From positions 38,002-102,001 of the IMG/VR virus record IMGVR_UViG_3300026078_000022: DNA of 64,000 nt. One strand, written 5' to 3'. The number at the start of each line of letters is the position of its first letter. Position 1 is the first letter of the stretch. Position numbers and translations under genes: made by a program. Below are positions 56,956 through 64,000 of the stretch, one piece after another. Origin of the DNA: a virus. The notes under the pieces were generated by a model. The model worked only from the letters and a program-made list of their open reading frames with translations, was not told the DNA's origin and made no database searches.

Positions 56956-57125
56956 TGTTGATGAATGTGGTGGAATAGACAGGATGTTATGTAAAGTAAC
57001 TCAATAGTAAACACGATGAGCGGTCAAATACGTTGAAAAGCGTTTCCGGTAGCTCATGCCTAAATGCCGGAAAGATGAAAAAGGCTTGCAGGGTGACGCA
57101 TGGAAATCCCTGCCATTCATCAACA
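56956..57125 (+). ncRNA. tRNA-Leu-like scaffold with insertions in all loops (unit F)
   Basis: Acceptor extended to 12 bp; TG-GTGGAAT...GTAAACACG D-arm; ATGAGC/GCTCAT; GCCT/AGGC variable arm; GCAGGG/CCCTGC T-stem. Confidence 0.65.
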
Positions 57126-57135
57126 TACTTTATTT

Positions 57136-57235
57136 ATTACTACGGGGGGAGCAACATAACGTCAAGTAATTGGGACTCTGTAGCTGCATGAGTCTTAGGT
57201 GGTAATGCAGATTAATCGCCTCTCCCCTTAGTAAT
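57136..57235 (+). ncRNA. Structured RNA unit G
   Basis: ATTACTA/TAGTAAT and GGGGAG/CTCCCC closing stems; two hairpins with loops CTGCAT (57184-89) and ATGCAG (57205-10). Confidence 0.55.
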
Positions 57236-57262
57236 TGTTCTCATGTTTTATTCTACTGGTTT

Positions 57263-57306
57263 AAAAGAAGGGAGTGATTTATGTCTATTTATTTCTCCCT
57301 CTTTTT
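57263..57306 (+). terminator. Terminator-like hairpin closing the ncRNA array
   Basis: AAAAGAAGGGAG...CTCCCTCTTTTT. Confidence 0.55.
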
Positions 57307-57353
57307 AACTTTCAAAATCATTTTCTTTAATCACTAATAAAACAATAAACAAA

Positions 57354-57569
57354 ATGAATTTCGATAACATCGGGTCAGCACTAATGTTGATATATGATGA
57401 ACTTAAAAATGATAAGGAATCAAAGGCATTAGTAAAAAAGATAGATAAGGCCGAAAGCGATAAGCAAATAAAAGATGGCATAGTTGCAGGTGTTAAGCGC
57501 TTACGTGAATTAGGTAAAAATGCATTAGCCGATGATATTGAAAAGAAAACAAAAGGATTTGCTTTTTAG
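57354..57569 (+). CDS. Hypothetical protein
   Basis: A-rich leader; helical 71 aa. Confidence 0.6.
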   Translation: MNFDNIGSALMLIYDELKNDKESKALVKKIDKAESDKQIKDGIVAGVKRLRELGKNALADDIEKKTKGFAF

Positions 57570-57639
57570 AATAACATAAGCATAGTAGATCAGCCTTGCA
57601 TAGTGAACCTGCAATTGGCTTTTATTTTTAAACTTTAAT

Positions 57640-57722
57640 GCCTGAAATGAAATCCGGGCGCTTCAAATGAGAATTAAACATATAGGTTTGAAGCGGTTCA
57701 CCCCTGATACTTTGTTTCAGGC
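57640..57722 (+). other. Long branched hairpin (ncRNA or terminator)
   Basis: GCCTGAAA/TTTCAGGC enclosing CGCTTCAAA/TTTGAAGCG, followed by a T-tract. Confidence 0.5.
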
Positions 57723-57732
57723 TTTTTAATTT

Positions 57733-58002
57733 ATGGAATTAACAGTTGGAATATTAAAGCAGATAATTAAAGACTTGCCAGATGATGTAATATTGGCAGA
57801 TTTAGGAATAGGGAATGATAAGTTTCATCCGTTTATTGGGGTTAAGAGATTGATGTTATTACAAGGCGACGGAAGTTGGAATGATCAGCAATTTTTAACT
57901 ATCAATAGCATGGGCAGTCATTATACAAAACAAGGCGAACAAAGCTCTTTATTCTATTTAGACAAGAATTGGGATTCTGAAACATTAAACAACGGAAAAT
58001 GA
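57733..58002 (+). CDS. Hypothetical protein
   Basis: LTVG.LK..IKDLPDD motif. Confidence 0.6.
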   Translation: MELTVGILKQIIKDLPDDVILADLGIGNDKFHPFIGVKRLMLLQGDGSWNDQQFLTINSMGSHYTKQGEQSSLFYLDKNWDSETLNNGK

Positions 58003-58403
58003 AAATAGACAGAACTAAGTATACGGCCCATTATGAAAATGGAGTAGTAGTTGCCCAATGGATAAGTGTAGAAATGGCACTTGATACTTCAAATGGCGAA
58101 AGCCCATTGGATGCGCTTGATAAATCTCAGGAATTAGTACAACAATGGTATAAATCAAAGAACCTACCATTTATGGAAGCCAACCCCCAGCCTCCCGGCC
58201 CACCACCCGTAATAAATGTAGATAGAACACCCGAAGATATAAGAGTAGCCCAACTAATAAAGGATATATATGCGTGCGTTGTACTTGATGGGGAGCATGG
58301 ATTGTATTCGTATCGTACATTAGCAGAAACCACAAGTAAAGAAACTAAATCAGCCTTTGATATAATTGAGAAACGACTTAAAAAATACCCTAAACCTATA
58401 TGA
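57999..58403 (+). CDS. Hypothetical protein
   Basis: Coupled ORF. Confidence 0.6.
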   Translation: MKIDRTKYTAHYENGVVVAQWISVEMALDTSNGESPLDALDKSQELVQQWYKSKNLPFMEANPQPPGPPPVINVDRTPEDIRVAQLIKDIYACVVLDGEHGLYSYRTLAETTSKETKSAFDIIEKRLKKYPKPI

Positions 58404-58612
58404 CCACTGAAGAAAAACAAAAGATGGATGCCGCTTTTACAGAACTTACTAAACACGAATTAGCTTTCCTAAAAGAAGAAGGAATAGAACCAAATGAACA
58501 CGGCGCTTATGTGTTTATCAGTCAGTATGGGAATTGTCGTATCGCGCTAGATTTATTTCTTAGTTCTTATAAGAATTACCTTATCGAACATAGGATAGTA
58601 AAAGAGCTATAA
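58400..58612 (+). CDS. Hypothetical protein
   Basis: Coupled ORF. Confidence 0.55.
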   Translation: MTTEEKQKMDAAFTELTKHELAFLKEEGIEPNEHGAYVFISQYGNCRIALDLFLSSYKNYLIEHRIVKEL

Positions 58613-58643
58613 TTGAATGTCACAAAAAACCTAACACACTAGC

Positions 58644-58934
58644 ATGAAGAAGTATGGTTTTGTAGAACTTCCTACTATCGCGTATGATCCTAAAAATCAA
58701 GAACTCTTTAATAAACGGCCTGATGAGTGCGATTTGATAGAAGTAATTAGAAAAGTGATGATAACGTGTATAGAAAGCTATCATGAGGGTATCCCTGTAA
58801 GCGACTTCAGAGAGGATAATAAAATATGGACAGACGTTTTCATGAAAAGTGGGGATAGTTTTATAGTCAATATGCCATTAGCTGAGTTCGAAAAATTACT
58901 TATGAATCATTTGGAAGAATACAAAAACGAATAA
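58644..58934 (+). CDS. Hypothetical protein
   Basis: ORF in plus-strand cluster. Confidence 0.55.
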   Translation: MKKYGFVELPTIAYDPKNQELFNKRPDECDLIEVIRKVMITCIESYHEGIPVSDFREDNKIWTDVFMKSGDSFIVNMPLAEFEKLLMNHLEEYKNE

Positions 58935-58937
58935 CCA

Positions 58938-59183
58938 ATGACCCCCGTTGAAAAATCAGAAGAGTTATATCTGAAATACAAAGAAGCTCTAAACATTCAA
59001 AATGATATGCGTCCCGGCAAAAACCCATTCGCAAAACAATGCGCCATTATATGTGTAGAGCAAATAATACCATGTACATGGAAGCAGTCAACCTATAAAA
59101 AAGAAGGTAAAATTTGGGTAGATGAAATTACAACCACCGAATATTGGGAAGAAGTATTAACTATTTTAAAAACTCAAAAATAA
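58938..59183 (+). CDS. Hypothetical protein
   Basis: MTP.EK.EL...AKQCA.I.V..I...YW.EV pattern. Confidence 0.6.
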   Translation: MTPVEKSEELYLKYKEALNIQNDMRPGKNPFAKQCAIICVEQIIPCTWKQSTYKKEGKIWVDEITTTEYWEEVLTILKTQK

Positions 59184-59191
59184 ACAGTAAC

Positions 59192-59545
59192 ATGGCTATA
59201 AAATATAATCCCTTTAATGATAAAGGATGGTAGTACGGAGAAAGATTACCCGGACACGATGAATGGCATAAATACTTAGGCCCATGTCCAAATTGCGGAA
59301 CTGTTTGCTGGGATTATGGAGGCGGCTGGCGTTGTATGGCAATGTATTGTAGTAATAACGCAAGTAATCCGGAACCTAATGTTGGCCCGCGTCCTGACTG
59401 GTGGAATACAAACATTCTTGTCAAAAAAGATGGTGATTGTTGGTGTGCGCATTATAATGATTTTATCAACTTACAAGAAAGCGTCGCCGCTTTTGGCAAC
59501 ACACCAAAAGAAGCAGTCAATAATTTACAACTCATTGTAGACTGA
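59192..59545 (+). pseudogene. Zn-ribbon protein gene interrupted by an in-frame TAG
   Basis: MAIKYNPFNDKGW*YGERLPGHDEWHKYLGPCPNCG...C...C continues in frame into the 59336-59545 ORF. Confidence 0.6.
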
Positions 59546-59546
59546 T

Positions 59547-59918
59547 ATGGACTACGGAGATTATATAATACCCTTCGGTAAGCACAGGAATAAACCGCTA
59601 AAAGAACTACCCAAAGAATATCTTGTAGAACTATACCGACATGAGGACTTAATAACTAAGTGGCCCGAACTAAAGATTTACATAGAAGCATCCTATTGGG
59701 CTTTATTGCCAAACCTCCCCCTAAAATTTAAATACGAACCACTTCCTTGCGAAAAGAACTCATACGTAGATGAAGAAGCCGCCAAAAAAGCATTGAAACT
59801 AATAAAACAAGATAAGCGAGATCATAAGAAACCAAACCGATCCTACCAATGCGAAATATGTGGCTTCTGGCATTTAACATCGAAACCTTTAGCTGAAAAT
59901 AATTCACAATCGAACTAA
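59547..59918 (+). CDS. PFGKH-domain protein with C-terminal Zn finger
   Basis: IIPFGKHRNKPLKELPKEYL; YQCEICGFWHLTS. Confidence 0.65.
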   Translation: MDYGDYIIPFGKHRNKPLKELPKEYLVELYRHEDLITKWPELKIYIEASYWALLPNLPLKFKYEPLPCEKNSYVDEEAAKKALKLIKQDKRDHKKPNRSYQCEICGFWHLTSKPLAENNSQSN

Positions 59919-59919
59919 A

Positions 59920-60363
59920 ATGAGTATGGCACAAGAAAAAAAAGAACACATAGTAGATGATATATCTAAAATAAGAGTCAACCCGGATAATCATTCACAA
60001 TGGGATTTAGACCCACAAAACCGGTTTTATTTCGATAAATGCCTAGATGTACATAACGACATAGGCTTGTATTTGAGTTATAAGATAGGTGTCAAGTGTG
60101 ATTTAGATGGTAAATATGCTTCATTCCTAAACGACATCGGTATAATTCACCAATCAGACAATGGATGGTGGAGTATAGAAGCCGTTAATCCCAAAAACAT
60201 AGAAGCGTTTATATCCTATTATACAGATGACCCAGATAAATCGCCGTTCATTAATCAATATGATTCGGCTATCCAATTATACGACAAACTTAAAAAAGCA
60301 GCCTTCAGACATAAACATAAACTCGTAACCGATGCTGTAGAAGCATTAAACTCAATAAACTAA
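59920..60363 (+). CDS. Hypothetical protein
   Basis: Coupled ORF. Confidence 0.55.
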   Translation: MSMAQEKKEHIVDDISKIRVNPDNHSQWDLDPQNRFYFDKCLDVHNDIGLYLSYKIGVKCDLDGKYASFLNDIGIIHQSDNGWWSIEAVNPKNIEAFISYYTDDPDKSPFINQYDSAIQLYDKLKKAAFRHKHKLVTDAVEALNSIN

Positions 60364-60366
60364 AAC

Positions 60367-60858
60367 ATGAACAAATTCACAATCTACAATGAGGGAGACG
60401 ATACTGAAGTATTTGAACGCCCGGATGGGACAAGAGATCGTAACGAATTTACTTTCAGTGGGTTCGGCAATTTTATACACCCGTATCATAAAAAGCAATT
60501 GCAATGGGCTGTAGAAATGCTTAAGTCGGCAAATATTCATTTACAACTGAGAGAGGTGCCAACTGTTGATAATATAGGAGATAATGCAGACAGTGGCTCT
60601 TTTGAAGTAAAAGATTTATATCCTTTTGCAAAAGATAAAACAGATTGTAAGCGCCATCTTGTATTTATACAGGATAGAGAAATGGGCCGTGGTTGGGGAG
60701 TTTTAATAGAGATAAAACCAGAAAATACAGTAGAGATATTAACCCAAGAACATAAAGATACCGTTAGAGATCAAACCCTACTTGATGAAAAATGGTTGAA
60801 AAAACAAGGCGTTATATTAAAACGCAAAACGGTAAAAGACCTTAATAAACTCAAATAA
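60367..60858 (+). CDS. Hypothetical protein
   Basis: Coupled ORF. Confidence 0.55.
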   Translation: MNKFTIYNEGDDTEVFERPDGTRDRNEFTFSGFGNFIHPYHKKQLQWAVEMLKSANIHLQLREVPTVDNIGDNADSGSFEVKDLYPFAKDKTDCKRHLVFIQDREMGRGWGVLIEIKPENTVEILTQEHKDTVRDQTLLDEKWLKKQGVILKRKTVKDLNKLK

Positions 60859-60869
60859 ACTAAAATATT

Positions 60870-61103
60870 ATGCCCAAAACAAAAGAGATAGAAATAAGAT
60901 GCGATGAAGCAAGGATAAAGTCAAATCGTTATGGTTTCGTGACCGTAATAGCTGAAGACCCTAAAGTAGACGAACTCATATCCGGCATCCACAAGGATGA
61001 TATACTTGAATGGGTTACCGGCGAAGGATTCGATCCTGAAGAAATATTCTCAACCGATCAACTACATGCATGGGCTACCAAAAACGGGTATTCAAAAGAA
61101 TGA
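60870..61103 (+). CDS. Hypothetical protein
   Basis: Coupled ORF. Confidence 0.55.
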   Translation: MPKTKEIEIRCDEARIKSNRYGFVTVIAEDPKVDELISGIHKDDILEWVTGEGFDPEEIFSTDQLHAWATKNGYSKE

Positions 61104-61106
61104 TAT

Positions 61107-61340
61107 ATGAAATACAATACTAAAGATGTTACAGAGCCTAAGTCCGGCTCGATAGTTAGGAGAGGCAGCTATTGGATATGTGAAGACGGGCAGGAACAAA
61201 AAGCGTTATTCTTTGGTGATTCCCCTCAATGTAATAAAGACGTACGAATAGCCGAATGGGTATTGAAACATTCGTGGAAGAACCAAGAAAATTTGAAAGT
61301 AGTATACATAGATATCGCATATATACCTAATATTCAATAA
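61107..61340 (+). CDS. Hypothetical protein
   Basis: SPQCN motif. Confidence 0.55.
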   Translation: MKYNTKDVTEPKSGSIVRRGSYWICEDGQEQKALFFGDSPQCNKDVRIAEWVLKHSWKNQENLKVVYIDIAYIPNIQ

Positions 61341-61408
61341 ACTAAATCAACATGACAGAAGAAACTAAAGAACAAGTAACAGAAAGCAAACACTTAAACT
61401 AAAAAATA

Positions 61409-62080
61409 ATGGATATTCAAATATTAGTTCAAGAACAACTAAATAAGATAATAACCGAAGGGAAGCTGGCCGAAATAGTAAAGACTAAAGTTGAGAAAAC
61501 ATTGGAAGATGTAATTCAGGACATGGTAAGAATCTATTCTGATTTTGGTAAAGGGCTGAAGGAGGAAATAAATAAGGCTTTCAAGATAGATTTTGAGAAA
61601 ATATCGGCGGTAGATTATAATCACATTGTAGTGTCTATTGTTAAGGATCAGCTTGACAAACATCTTCTATCCTCAGTAAAAGACCCAATATCAGCGGCTA
61701 TTACTGAGTATTTAGGGCCATTGGAAAAGAAAGAATGGAAGTTGTCGGAAATAATAGAAAAGTTCAAGCAGGAGGAAATAGAAGATAAAAGTGATGGCGG
61801 TGAAATTACACTGCATGTAGAAAGAAGCGATTACGGGTCAACTCATATTTCCTTTGATAAGGAGGATGGAAAGAAAAGGTATGAATGCGAATATGAAATG
61901 TCGATAGATAGTAAAACTGGTAAGCCTTATAGCTTCGGTGCTGGACAGTACTGTCATCATAGAGGTGACTTAAGAACCGAATCATTGCATGGATCATTCG
62001 ATAAATTTTTCTTTCGCTTATACGCTCAACAAGTAACCATAATTATTGATGAATGTGAGACAGAATACTACTATGATTAA
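61409..62080 (+). CDS. Hypothetical phage protein
   Basis: YSDFGK..K, YN, KLSEI. Confidence 0.65.
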   Translation: MDIQILVQEQLNKIITEGKLAEIVKTKVEKTLEDVIQDMVRIYSDFGKGLKEEINKAFKIDFEKISAVDYNHIVVSIVKDQLDKHLLSSVKDPISAAITEYLGPLEKKEWKLSEIIEKFKQEEIEDKSDGGEITLHVERSDYGSTHISFDKEDGKKRYECEYEMSIDSKTGKPYSFGAGQYCHHRGDLRTESLHGSFDKFFFRLYAQQVTIIIDECETEYYYD

Positions 62081-62126
62081 CTCATTGAAATCCAAATAAA
62101 TACCCCCCTATATAAGTACTAAACAC

Positions 62127-62405
62127 ATGACTATAAACTGCAAAATTCCATCAAGGAATATCCCTGCTTTCAAAAAGTCTGCAAGGGAATTAGGCATAGA
62201 TCTATTTGTCGGTCAATTGGATGGGGAATATACCTCAATAGACATCATAATAGCAGATGTTTCATTGCTATTGAGCTTGGGTTTTATCGCCGGGTTAGAT
62301 ACCGCGTATAATTCTATGAAAAATCCAATGGCAGAAATTAGTCAAATACTTGATAATAAAATAGATAAGTTTAAAAAAGGTAAAGATGGAAGTAAATTGG
62401 GGTAA
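62127..62405 (+). CDS. Hypothetical protein
   Basis: Coupled ORF. Confidence 0.55.
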   Translation: MTINCKIPSRNIPAFKKSARELGIDLFVGQLDGEYTSIDIIIADVSLLLSLGFIAGLDTAYNSMKNPMAEISQILDNKIDKFKKGKDGSKLG

Positions 62406-63261
62406 TTTTAAGGTCAGATGTAGCGCAATTCAAAAAGTTCTATCAAATAGCCAATCGAATCCGGTATTAACCGAGCTTCAAGCAGTAAGAATGGTAGAAT
62501 TGGAGGATAAATTGCAAAAAAAAGGCAGTTTAACACCAAAACAACAGGAAGAACTTGCCGAATTGAAGGTAAAACAGGAAAATGGAAAGAAAATAATCCT
62601 GTCTGACACTTGCATAGAGTACTTAATGGTGGAATATGCATGGATCACAAGAGGAATGATACCGGTGGGCAAAGAATCTTTGGATTTATTGGGCATGAGG
62701 AAGGGCAAAAAAGTAGAAAAGGAAAGCATAGAACTACTTAGCCTTGTAGACGGCGCAGAATACAAGATACACAAGGACAGAATCTACAACGAATACATTT
62801 CCGGCGAAATAGACACCTACTTAGGAGAACACGTTTATGCCGCTACCAACATTTCGGATATGAAGAACGCCACCGATTACCCAACATTCCTGAAAAAGAT
62901 ACATACAGGGCTATCAGGGGGCCAAAAAGAGCAGGTTCAGGGATATTGCGATATTACCACGGCCCCGGTAGGATACATCGTTAATTCGCTTGTCAACTGC
63001 CCGGAAGAAGATATCATAGAAATGCAATGGACGGTAGCTCGGAAGATAGGATGCGCTACTACTGAATCCCCTGAATTTATCGAAGAATGGCCTAAATGGG
63101 AGCGTAGTATGAGATTCAACCATATGCCACCCCGCCAGCGAATATCAAAGATCAAAATAGATCCTTTTACCGCATTCGAGCGTCAACGACTTTACGACAA
63201 AGTAAAAATATGCCGCGATTGGCTAAATAATTTTCACGAAGAATATGAAAGACTGGCATAA
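62386..63261 (+). CDS. YqaJ/lambda-exonuclease-like PD-(D/E)XK nuclease
   Basis: KGKKVE..SI, ISGEID, DMKN, QVQGY. Confidence 0.75.
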   Translation: MEVNWGNFKVRCSAIQKVLSNSQSNPVLTELQAVRMVELEDKLQKKGSLTPKQQEELAELKVKQENGKKIILSDTCIEYLMVEYAWITRGMIPVGKESLDLLGMRKGKKVEKESIELLSLVDGAEYKIHKDRIYNEYISGEIDTYLGEHVYAATNISDMKNATDYPTFLKKIHTGLSGGQKEQVQGYCDITTAPVGYIVNSLVNCPEEDIIEMQWTVARKIGCATTESPEFIEEWPKWERSMRFNHMPPRQRISKIKIDPFTAFERQRLYDKVKICRDWLNNFHEEYERLA

Positions 63262-63296
63262 AATCAGTATTTTTGTTGCTGCAATTGTAGCAATTT

Positions 63297-63482
63297 ATGC
63301 AAGAAATACAACAAAAGGATTTGGATAAGCGCGTTTGGCCGAAGTTGCCTAGCTCTGTATATGAGGATTTATGCGAATTTGCAAACGAAGAAAGAAGAAC
63401 AGCTTCGGAAATGGCCGCTATTTTTATAGAAAGCGCCATTAAAGAACGTAAAAGGAAACGTAAAAATGCAAAAGAAGTATAG
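63297..63482 (+). CDS. Ribbon-helix-helix (Arc-like) regulator
   Basis: VWPKLPSSVYEDL..FA.EERRT.SE....IE. Confidence 0.6.
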   Translation: MQEIQQKDLDKRVWPKLPSSVYEDLCEFANEERRTASEMAAIFIESAIKERKRKRKNAKEV

Positions 63483-63921
63483 ATTAGATATCACCCCGGT
63501 TAGCGCAATCAGAACTACTCAGGGTGATTCCATATTCTTTAGAATACCCAGGGATAAACTTCGCCCTGCCGGGTTGAAAAGGTTGATCAGGATAGAACGT
63601 TACAACAAGTACAAGGTATCCCTTCTGGCATTAGCAAAACAACAAAGATTTACCCCAGCAGAGCAAGGGATGCACATAATTTTCTATATGCCTGTTCCTA
63701 CTTCTTGGCGTAAACATAAGAAAGAAAGCATGCATTTAATGCTGCATAACTCACGGCCCGATTGGGACAACCTCGCGAAAGGATTTTTCGATGGCTTGCT
63801 GGCAGAAGATAATAAAATAGCCGATGTCCGGGTTACAAAAAAATGGGTTAACCAAGAAACAGGCTACATAGAAGTATTATTAAATACTCCTGATCTACAT
63901 AGTTCAGATAATTTACTGTAG
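63466..63921 (+). CDS. rusA: RusA-family Holliday junction resolvase
   Basis: FYMPVP.SW, RPDWDNLAKGFFDGL..ED..I. Confidence 0.85.
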   Translation: MQKKYRLDITPVSAIRTTQGDSIFFRIPRDKLRPAGLKRLIRIERYNKYKVSLLALAKQQRFTPAEQGMHIIFYMPVPTSWRKHKKESMHLMLHNSRPDWDNLAKGFFDGLLAEDNKIADVRVTKKWVNQETGYIEVLLNTPDLHSSDNLL

Positions 63922-64000
63922 TCAGTGCAAGGCAGTTTGCAGCATAGTTGCATAAAGAGAGTATTATATAGATAAAATATGCAACATTGTTGTATTTATT

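Noticed and set aside
56400-57300. Canonical tRNA genes or a CRISPR array
   Set aside because: No unit has a 7-nt anticodon loop in a standard cloverleaf; the repeat is only 9-15 nt with irregular spacing of about 145-335 nt, and there are no cas genes
1-64000. Genome-wide stop-codon reassignment as in some crAss-like phages
   Set aside because: Long genes are intact in code 11 and TAG/TGA end coupled genes; only one in-frame TAG was found
1-64000. Integrase, att site, reverse transcriptase/DGR, IS elements
   Set aside because: No such motifs or long direct repeats were seen in this window

Overview
This 64-kb AT-rich window is a large part of a tailed dsDNA phage genome, most likely a podovirus of a Bacteroidota host (several TAnnTTTG -7 promoter boxes, no Shine-Dalgarno pattern). 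Positions 1-26 kb (minus strand) hold a virion module with a crAss-like layout: terminase, triple-GroES protein, portal, lytic-transglycosylase-like protein, scaffold, major capsid protein, ring proteins, muzzle/tail stabilisation protein and the start of an ejected protein. Two homing endonucleases and a remnant of a third lie within it. Positions 27-35 kb carry a glycosylation island of about 7 glycosyltransferase-like genes, 2 SAM methyltransferases and a DHH phosphoesterase. Positions 35-64 kb contain MazG, a DNA methyltransferase, a lambdoid-type replication/recombination set (initiator C-terminal domain, DnaC-like ATPase, NinG, YqaJ-like exonuclease, RusA), small regulators and many short hypothetical ORFs. 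The most unusual content is non-coding: (i) an ~850-nt array of at least 7 structured RNA units at 56.44-57.31 kb, punctuated by a repeated AAGTTCTTT motif, including two tRNA scaffolds with expanded loops and recurrent loop-loop complementarity; (ii) an ~300-nt pseudoknotted element plus a DUF559 nuclease between what may be two halves of the replication initiator; (iii) a cloverleaf flanked by AC-rich and GT-rich arms at 52.6-53.4 kb; (iv) three promoter-proximal leaders with interleaved stems. All protein assignments come from motifs and gene order read by eye; no searches or folding programs were run.
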